64,000 nt of DNA, taken from the NCBI GenBank assembly GCA_964234715.1, contig OZ174276.1; one strand, 5' to 3'. The translations under genes and the position numbers were made by a program. Positions 9,301 through 23,289 of this stretch are shown piece after piece. Each line of letters opens with the position of its first letter. Position 1 is the stretch's first letter. The notes under the pieces are model-generated. The model saw only the letters and a list, made by a program, of their open reading frames with translations, was not told the origin of the DNA and ran no database searches. Source of the DNA: Podarcis melisellensis (Eukaryota).

Positions 9301-12300
9301 GGAGTAGTTTCAAATAAGAAATCCATAGGAATGAAAATAAGAGAATGACATACTGTATTTGTTCTCTGTGCTCTTGTTCCCAGAACAGAGCTGCTTTGTT
9401 GGGGCTTAAACAGTGAAAATAGAGAGCATTTAAAGTTCCTTTCATTTGCTGTGGAATGAGTGCTAGGTAGTTAAAATACAATGCATAATCGTTGCAAATT
9501 AAAGATGGGTAGTAAGAGATTAAATTGGGAGAAGGTAACTGTAATACAACAAACATCTCCAAAGCAGATTAGTCTGATTATTAGTGACTTGCTCAAGACC
9601 AGTGAATTTTGTGGTCCTGTGGGATTTTAACCCAAGTCTCCCTTGTCAAAGCCCAACACTCTTATTTATTCATAAGACCCCACTGATTTGCTGACATTTG
9701 CTTTCTAGCATGATCATAAAGTGATGCCAGTCACCACCTCTCAGTCACAAGGGTTCTTATGGGGATTGATAGGGGGCGGGGATCAAGTATACCACTTTGA
9801 GCTTCTTGGAGGAAAAAGTGGGATATAAATGCAGTAAATAAAGAATAATAAATAATAAATAAAACTTGGCAGACAGGAATACATTTGATTCTTAGTGGCT
9901 CCCACTAGGTTCTGTGGAATAAAGTGAGCAGGTTACAGTTGGCAAGTCTGTTGGAAGTGGCACAACCTGTTCTTTTGTCCTGTTCTGCCAAGAAGCAGTT
10001 CAGCTGGTTCAGTGATGTTCTTGAGTATATTGGTTGCATTGCCACCCATATAAGTGGCTATAACTTCCTCTCCTAAGTATTGTGCTTAGGTGCATTGTTG
10101 TGGTTTCTAGAGGCACCTGGTTGGCCACTAGGTTAACCAGAATGGTGGGCCTTTGTCTGATCCAGTGGGACTCCAATGTTGTGGGAGCAAGGCCTGTTCT
10201 TAATGCTTACAGCCTCCATTGTGAGGAATCTTAAGGGCCAGGTAGTGTTGATGCAATATTGGTTGTGTAGAAACAAAGTACTGTACTGCACTTGTCTAAA
10301 TTTCTGGACCTGTGAAGAAAGCACCCAATACACAGGCATGTTGCGCCTCTTTTCCCCTAGTGGTCCCTACAATATACTGGCCACACACCCTGCCTTTTTA
10401 ACAAGTTGATTTTGCCATCAACCCAATTTATGTAGGGCACATACTTCATCTCTTATATTCATATCTGTCAAATTGTTTTGCTGCTTGTTGCGAATGCCCT
10501 GCTTCATGTATAAAAACCACCCAAACCGGCAGTTGGATCTCACATACAGCATCCATCACTGCACTTGAGGACAGGCGGCTAGCTTAGGGGCTCAAGGCAG
10601 GCCACAGCTCCATCCTCCAGCACCTCACTGTTGCTTCCTGCCCTCCAGCATACACAGCCTGAGGTAGCTGCCTCATCCCACGTAATGTTAGGGCTGACCC
10701 TGAAATCAGTAGTATAGTTGCTTATCCTAACAACACCGAATTCATTCATTTCTACAGCTGCAAGTATCTACAATTCTCTCCAGATGAGGTGGTTAGCAAC
10801 AAGCAGTAGGATTTGTTTAGGGCCTGGCTTTATAATTATAATTATTTATTATTTACTCTGTTTGTATACTGCACTTCACCCAAAAATCACAGTGCAACAT
10901 GAAGATTGAGCTAAGCCCCTGGGTGAACTGGAATCTGAATAGACATATTTCTCTTGCTGAATTATAGCTTTAGCTCGTAAATGCTACACATGTAAAGATT
11001 TAGGTTACATTTGGTGTTAGTGGAGAGGGATTTATATATTTGCTGTTAGTAGAGTGGGTCATACAGTGTTCTGAAATGACATGCATCCCCCCCCCCATTG
11101 TATATTGCATATAAAGAATGGCAGTGTTTTTAAGTGCTACTTTTTGTATTTTATAGATTTTTTTTATTTGATGTTTCATAAGCATCTGAGTGCTTGCATT
11201 TTTGAAGTGGAGAAATGTGGTGTACATCCTTCAAATAAATAACAAGTGCTGTGTACACTACGGTCTTTCTTTAAATGGATTTTTGCTTTTTCTAGCATCA
11301 TGTCACTTCCCTCCCCCCTTTTTATTCCAGAGCAAAAACTGTTTTCACAACTAGAAACATAATTTTCGTTAATACTGCAAGTATGAACATCTTTAAGTAT
11401 GAACATATGTTTAAAATTACCTATAAATTAATTCATGTAAAATCTATTTGATCCACACATTTCTAATCATGTAAATATTCATAATATAACTAAGTATGCA
11501 TTAACATTTATGTTTGTGGCAATCTAAGATAAGAGATTGAGCTAAAAATTCACAATCCATCTATGAATACAGATTTCACAAATGCAATGTTTTACCTTCA
11601 TCTAGAGTGCCCTCTGCAGGCTAAACTATAGCCAAACAGGATATGTAGAGCAAGCTTGATTTATTCAGTGTATTGATTGGTAAAGTGTGTTTTGTATCCT
11701 TAAAGGGGAAAAGAAGTTTGGGTGGGGGCTATTTTGAGCATTAAAATATCTGATGAGGACAAAAGGATCCATCTCTTTCCCATGCTATTGTTCCAGTTGC
11801 AACTTCTCAAGGCTGCTTTTCACTAAATATCTAGTTTGGCCAACTTTATATGCATTGTAATTTGAGCTAATGCATATTTGAACTTCTTAAATGCATATTT
11901 TGGATACTATACAAGGGGGAGGTGGAATGCTAGGAGTGCATTCCCCAAATGTGGGGACAATTATAAGCCATTTTAAATGGAGCAAAGAAAGTAGATAGAA
12001 TTGGGGGGCAAGAACTCCCAGTCCTACAATCCATCACACTAAAATATCTCCTTTGTTTCAGTTCTCTAGCAGGAACAGTACTAATGCGTATATCCATTGG
12101 ACAAAGTCTAGTGTCTGCAATAAACCCTGATATGCATGCAGACTGGGCTAGGAATGTTAGGTTACCAAACTGGAATAAATTAAATATGGATTAAAGTATA
12201 TGTGTTAGCCAGTGTGTTCTCTAGCTTTTGCTAGTATACGTGCTGAAACAGACTTTGTTTGAGTGGTTCTGTGGTCAAACAGAGATCCTTCTGATTAGTA

Positions 12301-13873
12301 GACATCTCTACTGCTATGAGGGTGGCAAACCACACACCACAATTAAACAGCACTGAACCAATGTTTGGTATCATTAAAGACTTCAGGTGCTGGGGAGCAG
12401 TTGGAATTAAAAAAAATATCTCTCAGTTATTAGCTTATTTAAATAAGTTCATGTGAAGCTCATCAGAGGTCCTGCCATTAACCTTGCCTCCATTGCTATG
12501 GGTTTACATGATCTGTAGTATAGTGGGGTAGACTATTCTGTTGTAGCAAGAGTCCTGTTTTCTTAAGTTCCCTTTCAACCTAAGTGATACCAGGGTTTAA
12601 GCATCGAGACTCTAGGTGTAAGAGGTCTAGCCTGGGTTGCAAGCCGATTAGCAAATGTAGACGGTAAGTAAGCATTTCACATTCTGAATAAATCAATATA
12701 ACTGTGTACTTGAGAATGAGGCAAGCTTCCTGTTTGTAGGTAAACTGGTGAGGACTTGAGTGAAGAAAACCAGCTGAACCATTGACAGGGTTCCCTGAAC
12801 CAGAAATGAAATTCTCCTATGTTAGAAGTCTTTTCTTTCTCTAATGTAGTTTCATAGCTGTCAACTCTAGCTGTATAGCTAGAAATAGTAAATCTGCCAA
12901 TGTTTTACTTGAAAGTTATTCATCCTAATTACTACCTTTTTATATTGTAAGCTAATTTTTGTTTGTAAAAGATAAGCAAAAATTAATCCACAAGCGATCA
13001 TAATGAATGTGTAATTGTGCAAAACAGGCATGTTTTGTAAATTGACATAGATGTATTTGCCATTCAGAGGTGAACTTGGCGCTCTATAAATCCCACTTTA
13101 TCTTGTGGGAAATTAAGGTTCAGTTTAAATATTGCTTTTGTCGTGTGTGTGTGTGTGTGTGTGTGTGTGCAACATGCTGTAGAAACTACTGACATATCTT
13201 ATTGGCTAAGGAAATATACAAACTGTTGCTTTTGTTTCCAGAACATGTGACAGAAGCAGAAGTACTTAACCAAGTGTATATTTTTTTATTATGCTAGATG
13301 TCTTAACTTGTATTCAGAGTTCATATGATGAACTATGACTAATAAATGAAAAAAAATGTTGTTAGCAGGCTTGCTGTGAAGCAGATCTCTATTATCTACA
13401 CTTTTGAACCCCTGAAGGCAATAAGTGTTTAAAGCAGATTAATTACATTAAGGTTATAAAAAATACTTGATTTTCGATAACATGGTATCTCAGCTGAAGA
13501 GCCTTGCCTCCCACAGATATCCTTGTTTCTTTTCTCATGTAAACCATGTCACCTAGTCCACACATTCAATGGTCCTGTATCCAAATTTTCGGTTGGGCCC
13601 CAGCTTGACAGTAAAAGCAGTTCAACTGTAGAATGGACTCCCTTGGAAGGTGGTGGACTCTCCTTCATTGGAGGTTTTTAAGCAGAGGTTGGATGGCCAT
13701 CTGTCATGGATGAACAATAAGACCATGCAAACATATGGTATAATATTAAGAAATATGCCCACAAATGTGTGTTTGGCCTAAAGAGAGGTCCCAGGTAAGA
13801 AAAGCCTGAAGACTTCAAGGTGTATTTCCTGGAACTTTTCACAATAAAAGATTCCAAAGGTATATACATGCTA

Positions 13874-14189
13874 AAGGTAAAGGGACCCCTGACCATTAGG
13901 TCCAGTTGTGGCCGACTCTGGGGTTGCGGTGTTCATCTCGCTTTATTGGCTGAACCAGAGCAGTGCACGGAAACGCGAACCAGAGCAGTGCACGGAAACG
14001 CCGTTTACCTTCCTGCCGGAGCGGAACCTATTTATCTACTTGCACTTTTATGTGCTTTCGAACTACTAGGTTGGCAGGAGCAGGGACCGAACAACGGGAG
14101 CTCACCCCGTTGCGGGGATTTGAACTGCTGACCTTCTGATCGGCAAGCCCTAGGCTCCGTGGTTTAACCCACAGCACCACCCGTGTCCC
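13874..14189 (-). mobile_element. Sauria SINE (internally deleted, with a small internal duplication)
   Basis: AAAGGTAAAGG tail and gggac(a/g)cgggtgg head in reverse; TSD TATATA(C/T)ATGCTA at 13861-13873 and 14191-14203. Confidence 0.9.
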
Positions 14190-14636
14190 TTATATATATG
14201 CTACTCTATGGTAAAAAGAAAAAAGAAGAAAAAAACACCAGTGACATTGTAAAGATACCAGACTTAGATAAAAGCTTTCATTGCAATAAATCTGCTGTTC
14301 TTTCGGGTGTCTCAAGATTCTGGTATTCTCCCTGGAACTGTAAGTAACCAATTTGGTTAATAAGCAACTTGTATCATGCAGGTTGAGTTCATCTCCTGCT
14401 CATAGAGAGTGGCAAGCAAAGCAGATAATGTAATTGTGATGGTGATGAAATTTCAAGAAGAGATGTGACTACTTTTGTCTTAGAAATTACTAGGGTAGGT
14501 TCTAAGTTTCCTGATATCATGATATCTGCTCCTTGTTTGGGGTGTATGGGGTGTTAGGGAAGGAGTACTAACTTTGGTGGGGGACATGTTGTGCTTCTTT
14601 GGGGTAGTTTGTCCACCTTTGGTTCCCATGCTGCAC

Positions 14637-15536
14637 TCAGCTGTCACTTGTGGTGATAAAATTTAGTATTTTGTTTAGAGTTATAGAATAGGTATCATTG
14701 GTTCTTGCAACCACCGATAAAAACTTTGCCACTGCTAATTTTCTAGCATTTGTCTGGTCTTCCAATAGGAGCCTCACATAATGAGCCTCTGATTTTCCAG
14801 GGGAAAGTACCAACAAGGGCAATATCAGTTCAACCCTGGCTTGCTCGTATTTTGCACAGTGCAGCAAAATATGTTTTATAGAATCGATGTCTTGGGCACA
14901 CAAGCAAAGTCTGTCCTGGTAGGGAACTCCTCTCAACCTGCCATCCAACACTGCAGATGGGAAAATGTTTAGTCTGGCTTTGGTGAATAACCTTCGATAA
15001 TTTGGTACTGTAAAGTTTCTAGTGTAAGGTGTTAACTTAAAAGACATGCCTATATTGTACTCCTACAGCCAATGGACTACAGAGTGCCTGCGATCGAGAT
15101 TGCAAGTCACTATGTGTATTATCCCATAATCATTGCTTTGGTGTCTTTAGGGCGCCTTCATAACTCAGGTAAAAAAGATGGGGGGGGTTGACAGACCATT
15201 AGAGGTGGCTTTTCTAGCCATGGTTTTCTGCCATTTGCTGACAAACTCCTCATTGGTCAGATGTTGGTACAAACTCTTCCCTAGATCAAACACTGAAATC
15301 CTGAGCCAATGTTTTAGGGCAGCCCACCATGCTTTAATTGAGATTGGGCATTCACCAGATTCTAACAGAAGTATGGAGTTGGGGACACAGTTAGGGACCT
15401 GTAGTAGAGATCGTAAAAAATTTGCCTGAAAGCCATCTAGCTTAGGCAGGTCCCCATTGTGCCAGACATTTGCAGCGTAAAGGAGTTGGGAAACGGATTT
15501 TGCTTTGAAAACCCTCAAGGCTGCTGGGACATACAA
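14637..15536 (-). mobile_element. 5'-truncated, frameshifted non-LTR retrotransposon ORF2 C-terminus (RTE-X-like)
   Basis: Post-RT segment (..LLYAANVW..LDGFQANFLRSLL..) and C-terminal CCHC-type motif RLCLC..DSIKHILLHC..Y, split over two ORFs; clade assignment tentative. Confidence 0.75.
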
Positions 15537-17526
15537 TTGCTCTTAAATAAAAAGGCAACTCAAATAATTAAGGAGATGGAGCAACTTCTCTATGAGAAAA
15601 AAAAATCCAGCATTTGGGACCTCTTAGTTTAGAGAAAAGTTGCAATGTTTAATATAGACTGTGACAGTGTATGTAAGCTAAATTTTCCTCAATGATTAGT
15701 GTTTTTGCAAAAAAAAAAGACTATAAAAACATTTCTTATTATTTTATTTTTAAAAATCAAATTATGTTCCATGCTTTTTAGGTGCCTTATATGGTTTTCA
15801 TGTGTTGTCTTTTTTATTTTTATTATGGCTAGGGGCCTCAAAAACTGGAAGTTGCATGGGCCTCCTCTCTGGACCTCTGAGAGGGCCTGGTCCAGTGGCA
15901 AATGGTGATGGGTGAACCCCCATCTGCACATGCATTGGAAGGCATTTGGGAGACAGGTGTGTTTTATCTGCCAGTAGAGTAAAATATGGTTACCCTCTAT
16001 AGGGATATTCTTCTGTCTGATTCTGAGTATTACATATAATCTCATCCTTCAGTTATATCCCCTTGATCTTAACTTGTCTTTATTATAGACAAATCAGAGG
16101 TAGCCAGTGTGGTTCCCTCCGAATACTATTACGCTACAGTATGTACCATACCTGGCCTTCAGCCATACTAGCTTGAAAATTGTAATCCAACACCATCTGG
16201 AGGGCTACCCCTGGAATCGATGTTTTGCATAAAATGAATTTACAAAATTATTTTAGCTGACTTTTCTCTGCATGTTGTTCACATTTTGAAATTTAGTATC
16301 CCCTTTTTCTCTCCTCTTCTGGGTGTTTGTTCCTTGCAACAGTATATAAAGAAATAGTCATGCATATCATTCCCCCTACCCGTACTGCTGTTTTCTTCCA
16401 TTCATAGTGCTTTCCCCCAGTTACATAGCAAGCTTCCTTTTGAAGGGCCATGCATTCCACAAATAGTTATACACTTTTATGTATGCACACAAGTGCGCTG
16501 CATGAAAACTGGCTTATACAGAGAAATCCTTTCATTTGGAGAAACATTCTCAAATATATTGGAAACAAAACTACAATAACTGAACTATTTAAGGATAATA
16601 ACTAAGAGGGATTTTTTATTTTATTTTTTACAAATACTCTTTTAGTGACCTGAAGGCTGTATTGTTGGCCATAGGTATGCATGCTATTCCCCCCTCCCCC
16701 AATACAGCTATGGTTTCAATTGAAATAGGTTTTATAAGAGGGGTTCTTGTTTGTTGGCAGCAGGGGCTGTGTTGAAAACAGGCGAAACCAATTTAGCCCA
16801 GAACTTACGTTGAGATTAATATACAGTCTTCAATATATAGAAATATGATCAGTTTTTAGACTGCCAGTGTACTTTCATGTACCACTGAAATATTTTTATT
16901 CTTTGTTATAGATAAATGTGGTTTATAAGTACATGGATAATCATATATATGAATTTGCTGGATAAAGGTTTTGAGTTCCAATATAACAATTTCCACACTC
17001 TTCCCCCCCCCCACCACCACCACCTTGCACCAAATTGAGAGGAATAAGCAACGGAATCTGTCCCCATCAAGCTTGAGGAAGCTCTAGATGTGACATTAAC
17101 AGGCACTAAGTTGACTTACTGTCCTGTACGTGAGAAGGAATCCTCAGCTCACCAAATTCATTGACGAATCTATTCTTCCATCTCTGAATTATTCCGCCAG
17201 TGCTTTGGAATGCAGTATTTTCTTTAGCTGGCCTACACACACACACACAATGTTATACTTGTACCATGTTCAACCAATCCCAGTGCATCCCTGGAGAGAA
17301 ATCCATAGAAATGTTCACCATGTCTGCTCTGAGAGCGTCTATCAACTTTAAATCTTAGAGTACTTATTCTGCTAGCATTGTTTTGGCAAGGACATTATGC
17401 TGCTCCTTCCTCATTTGTCTAAACTTCTTGGTTCCAAACAGACTTGGAAAGGAGCCTTGGTTAACTGCAGGTGTTATGAGCATCCAACAAGTTTTGAGCT
17501 TACAGGTTTCCAGCTTATCTAAGAGA

Positions 17527-17760
17527 AGGAGACTGGAAGCTTTTGCTCTAGTTTTTTTTTTAATTATTATTATTAACTGCAGCTTGTTGTTTCATCCAAA
17601 CCTGATAAACTGGTTGCCCTTAATTATTGTAGTGTAGTCTGTGGGTTATGGAGCTGGTTTGTTTCAACAAAACATGGCTAAGAGTAACCAGTTTGTCAGG
17701 TTTGGATGAAACAACAAGCCACAGTTAATCAAAACTGGAAGCCAAAGCTTCCAGTCTCCT
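17527..17760. repeat. Fold-back / long inverted repeat, probably a MITE remnant
   Basis: 17-bp perfect outer arms (17527-17543 / 17744-17760) and 34-bp inner arms with 1 mismatch (17582-17615 / 17686-17719). Confidence 0.8.
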
Positions 17761-19517
17761 CTTTATAGCTTTGCAGGAGTGTGTATGTGAGGGAGCACAT
17801 GCAAGCCTTAGATTCCTTATGGCTCCCTCCCATAATGATAAACCATGCTTTATTGTGATGTCTCAAGTGTCCCAGTGTGCAGTGTAGACAGTTACAGTAT
17901 CTCTTTGAGAGTCTTCGTGGGTCACTGTGTATCAGACAATGAATCTCATTAGAACAGGAATGAACTTCTTCCAAGTTGCCGTTGCCTACTATATGAGTTA
18001 TCCTATAAAATGAGCATGTTGAGTTCCTTTCCAATGTTTTGAGATAAGTCTCTGCCAGGTTAAAGATAACAGGTGCAAGGTTGGATCTCCTGCTGGAAGG
18101 GGCAGAGGGGAGATGTTTTTTGCCTGTTCTTCTGAAAATCTGCTTCAGAAGGAGGAAAAACTGTCCAGGACAATGTAGAAAGTGGTACTGGGGTCTGTAG
18201 GGGGGGAGAGAGAACAACAGGAAATCTCCTTTCCACCTCTAGATTGGTAAATCTAGATCCAGCTCATGTCCAAACTGTTTTACAGCAGCAGTGTTCACAA
18301 TGGACAATGGTTTTTCTACTGTGGCAATGACAGATGTTCTGGAAAGTTGGAGTCTCTACCCAAGTTACCTTAGTTAGCTTTTTATTTTTTAAAATAATTC
18401 ATATTCTGTCCTTCCTCAAGGATATCAGGGTGGCTAACAATAAATTCCATGAAAAAAATAACACAAAATCATAAAACTACAATCTACTGATTTCACAACC
18501 GAACATCATGCATAGTATTGGGACAGTGTCTTAATCTGGCATCTCTATTGGGAAACCTCAATCACATGTCACAATATGATGAGATGTTTCCAATGAAGGA
18601 ACAATGAGAAAGTTGTAAAACTCTTGAGTTGCATTTCTGCATTCAAAACTTCTCTGCCACTTGTACCAACAACAGTGTCCTCTATTTTGCATTCCACTCT
18701 TGCCCTTAGTCAGGTGCAGAGATCCAGTTTACCACTGTAGGGGAACAGGGCTACATTAAATTAGTTGACTGGGTTATGTGGATGAATTTCTCCTGAGATC
18801 TCATTGATTAGTTGGGAACAAACATCTTTGATGCCCCTTGAAAGATCTGCATTGATGTGTTGAAAAATATACCCATGTAGTTCCTCACTCTAATTAATGC
18901 CAGCCTTGATAAACTTTGTTATGCTGTGGGTGACTTAAAGTTGTCTGAACCTTTGGTTTTTCTGGTGTTTCTGTTTTGCTTTTCCTACGGCAAAGTTGTT
19001 ATCTGGCTCAAAACCACTTGAAAGTTTTCCCCTCTAACTGTCCTTGTATCCAGGTCCTATACACCTATTCACCCTTGCTCCAAGGCATTGCAGAGCTTGT
19101 AAACTTGGGGTGGGAGGAGGAGCCAAAGGCCTGGGTAGCTAGCATAAGTTATTTCCAACACCCAGGGGCAGAGAAGCATATAGAAGGAAAGTGAATTGTA
19201 ATTGACCTGGAGCTGTAATGGGCATAACAGTTGTGTGCTCTGTAGCTTTAAATTTAAGTGACGGTGAGCTTGCATTTTTTAAAATGTTCTCTGCTGAAGG
19301 AAAAGCATATACCATGCGTGAGCTCAGTGTAACTATTCATTTGCATCAGTGATAGTGGAGCACACAGGGCTGCTTGTTTTGGCAAATGGTCTGTTTATAC
19401 AGCAAGTGCCCAGAGCTCTTTCAGTCTCACAGATGTAGGGAGCAGAGTAGTTGGTCTGGGCGACAGTCCTAGCAGTACCTAGCACTGAGCAGGGCGTTGC
19501 AGACGGGCCATGCGGCA

Positions 19518-19580
19518 ATGTTTATGTGGTGTTGCTGTACCTGTGTGTGCTGTGAAAATCATTTCAGTGAACCTGGCAAG
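19518..19580 (+). CDS. TMCC1: Candidate alternative first coding exon of TMCC1 (MFMWCCCTCVCCENHFSEPGK)
   Basis: ATG with purine at -3 (gcaATG), 21 codons, strong donor AAG|GTGAG, phase 0 matching the phase-0 acceptor at 33912. Confidence 0.65.
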
Positions 19581-21174
19581 GTGAGATCCTGCAGAAAAGC
19601 ATTGCTGCGTCTGATTTGGCTGCTCTGTTTACAACTCCAGTGGCTCATTAATAAGCAATATTCTTAGATATGCTCCTCCCCCTCCCTTGCTGGCTTGGCT
19701 TTTTATAATCCTTGAGTCATTTTTAACATCTGCAGTTAAGAAGCTTGGAAGTGTAAGAGCTCCCGTCTGAGTGAGTGTTAATCTTGAATATAAATGGCAC
19801 ATTCTTTATGAGGAGTAATATTAGTAAAATTGATGTGTCACATGGCTGCCTAGGTCAGCCACATATTTTGATGCAAATGCTTGCTTTGCTTTTCAGTTGT
19901 ACAATGTGCATTTCATGGGAAGCCTGAACATATTGCAGAATCATCCTTGGTGTTGGAAAAAGCAGCCTGTATGGGCACATGCCCTTATCATTAAACCAGT
20001 GACCTTCAGAAATAAACTTGCCATCTTTTTAGGTTTTTATAAGCTGCCACATCAAGCATCATATTCCAACATGAATAGAAACAAATGTGGAAAACCCCAG
20101 GTTTTCTATGCATCTGCGTTTCAGTAAATGGTGGAAGTATGAGAGGCACATGCTTATTAAGTTATTAATACCTGTTATCCCTCAAGTTTGGTATGCAGAG
20201 GAGAGTAGATAAAATGTTTGCATTACACTTTGATAACTTCATGTTAAAAGATAGTTGACCCAAGAAATTCCCTCTTCATTCTTATCCATATGTGGAACGG
20301 GCACTCTAGTAATATGAGCCAGAGCATTTGGTTACAATAAATACATGGTAGAAATGGCTGCAGTATATTCAAGCAGGAAAAACCACCATTCCATTGGCTC
20401 AGTTTGTTTATATTTTGGGTAGAGAGTGTCTTCTATTAAACAAGATCAATTGTCCTTTCTGTGAACTAGAAACAGGGGAGATGAGGATCTTTACTCTTGA
20501 GGATCTACCAGGAACTTTATTGCTCTCTGTAATTCTGGAAAAGAGGTTGGTCTGCCCTGTGCAGAGCCCCTGCTTTTATTGGGACCCCTTGTCACCACAA
20601 AGTGAATGTGGAGCAGTTGGAGTGAGGGGCCAGTGTTTGTGCTCTGTGGTTAAGGCCTTGTGGCAGCAGAAGTAACATTCCTCACTCCACCTGCAGGGGA
20701 AACAATCTCTTAACACCTCCCTGATGTTTACAGACATATACTCCTGTTTCTTCCATATTTACTGATTAAGTGAAGCGATAAAGCGCTAGAGAATTAGGTG
20801 GCTATCACTGTAGGAATTTCTTTTTAAATATTTGTTGTTTGTGGAGATGTCAGTTAGAATCTATTAAATCTGCAGGAAGTTTGTGCCACACATGTGAGTA
20901 TGTGTGTCTGGTGTCATAAACTTTGTCATCCTATTAATATTTATTTAGTCACTGTTCGTTTGCAAATTTCATAACATGTTTGAGCTGGCCTACAATAATA
21001 ACAGGAAATAATCTTAACATTAAAGGTGAGGTAGCATCTACTCATTGTCTACTGAAGTGAAAGGATGGGAGCAGGAGGAATGAATCAAATAATTTATTGC
21101 TGTATTGTATCAGCTGCATTTTTAAATACTTGCATATTTTTACCAGTCTCTGCCTATAGAAATAAACATTTAGC

Positions 21175-21806
21175 TGCTGGTATCTTAATATTAATAACCT
21201 TGCTAACCCTTGACCAGGTCTTTTGGTGTGAGGCTTAATGCCTGGGTTTAATCAGTGTTAGACTTTAGAACTGGTATGTAAAACAGGATGACAGATCCTT
21301 CTGTCTTCAGATAAGTCTGTATGAACATGTAAGACCCACTTCAAAGCCCCTGCAATTAGAATGTGAAGAGTTAATGAACCTGGGAAAATTTCCCAAATTG
21401 TGTTTCTGGCACCCCCTTTAATCCTAGGCAATCAACCCTTGTAAAAGCTTGTTTGAGGTAATAGCCTGGGAGTAGTGAGCCTTAGCAGAACAAATCATCA
21501 AAGAACTAAGTGTGAGAATGCAGATAGTGGGGCCTCTCTCTGTGTTACAAAAGACCTGGTCTTGGGTTAGAATATGTGGGATACGACCATTCTCTGAAAA
21601 AGGCAAGGATGCTACTGTGTCTATGAGAGAGACAGAAACTTCCGGGGAAGGAAGGCTGGGGGCCCTTCCATTGTAGGCTTCAGATTATATATGTGTGTAA
21701 ATAAACCATACATCATAAAGACACCAGAGTCTGTGTCCCCCTGGGTTAAAGTGTGCCTGGTACCTCTAGAATCTCACACCGCTCAAAGATAGGGTGGCAT
21801 ATAACA
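21175..21806 (+). mobile_element. Probable degenerate solo LTR
   Basis: AATAAA followed by a U5-like tract ending ...ATAACA; no TSD found; left boundary uncertain. Confidence 0.35.
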
Positions 21807-22847
21807 ATATTTTCAGCATTAAGCTGCCCAGATCCACTTCATTAAGAGATGACAGAAGCGGTGCTAATAGTCTCTAAGCAGCAGATTTAGTAATTCAAAA
21901 CTGGAGTTCTTTATACAAGCCACACAATCCATGTGCACCATGTTTTGACTCTGGATTCCCAGTAGGTTAGGCCCTTGCAGTTGGACTGTGTGATGAGTCA
22001 TGATGAGTCACTGTTCCTTTAATTAGAGCATTAACAGGATTATTACACAGCTAGTTACCCATCTCCCTTGATTTATCTGTGTCTTTTGTAGAATTTTTGA
22101 ACTACATGTTTCTACCAGGGCATGAATCCTCTTGCACACCAGTTGCATCTGAAAATGCTTCTTGCGTTTAACAGCAAGCTAGTAAGAGAATTGCTTAAAC
22201 AAAACATTAAGCTTTGCTAGTGTTTCTCATTTTGTGTCATATGACCTAGGCTTATAAAATCAGTTATGTTTGGATCACAGACAGCTTTTAGTCTAGCCAC
22301 CTGTGAAAATTGCTGGAATGAAGAAACTTTGGTATTACTACTATTGCTGCTATTATTATTTCTTCCATCTATATCCCTCTAAAGGTGCCTAGGGCAGTCA
22401 ACAGCATATCATTAAAGCATTCTAAAATAAGTGACATTCTCAGCCAATGATTTCAGAGTTACCAGTGACAGAATCAAGCATCAGATGCCTGGGGTAAACA
22501 ATAATGTTTTGATATTCCTCCTGCAAGCCAATGAAAGATGTATCTCACCAGGGAGGACTTTCCACAAAGGGAGAACCACCACTAAGAAGGCCCTGTCATG
22601 AGTCAACACTAATGCGTCTGTCACCAGTAGTGGAACAACCAACAAGGCCTCAACATGCAGGTTTCAAGGTGCATGGACAACTGAGGCCAGACTATCCCAG
22701 CTGAGGAAAAGAGGCTTAGCCCTGTGCAAAAGGCTGGTCCAGTCACAAGGGTTATAAGGTTATAGTTAGTGGTGCAGCTAAGTAATCTGGTGATCCCATT
22801 CACGTTAATGAGATACGACTGTCCTGAGAGAAAGGAACGCCCTAGAA

Positions 22848-23150
22848 CAGAGGTTTTCAACCTTTTTGAGTCCACAGGTCCCTTGACCAACTGCATTCTT
22901 TCTGTGGCACCCCTGTGGGGCTCAGGAGCCCAGTTATGTCACCCCTTGCCTGCAGAGCTGGCAGCCTCTCACCTTTTCTTGAACCACCCTCCTTTGTGGA
23001 GTGTTCCCTCAGCCTCCTCTCTTCTCCCATCTGCTTGGGAGTCCTCTGGGCAGCCGCTGCTGCCACTCCTGGTCTCTGAGCTGCACCCCCCTGCCCCAAA
23101 GAGAGGTGCCTTCTCACACCATCCCACAGGGCCCTGGGACTTGTCTGTCC
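22848..23150 (-). mobile_element. Truncated hAT-type MITE, same family as 30005-30515 in opposite orientation
   Basis: Begins CAGAGGTTTTCAACC; the interior is the reverse complement of the 30005-30515 element (shared pseudo-ORF text HPPLWSVPSASSLLPS). Confidence 0.7.
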
Positions 23151-23289
23151 ATTCCCAGTGTAAACCACATTGAGGTTTTCCCCCCTTTAAAATATAAAGT
23201 GGTATAGAAATGTAATGAATAATAATGCTAATAGTAATAACAATGGTGATTAGACATTCCATTGTGGCAACTGTAACCTAGGTTTAGGG

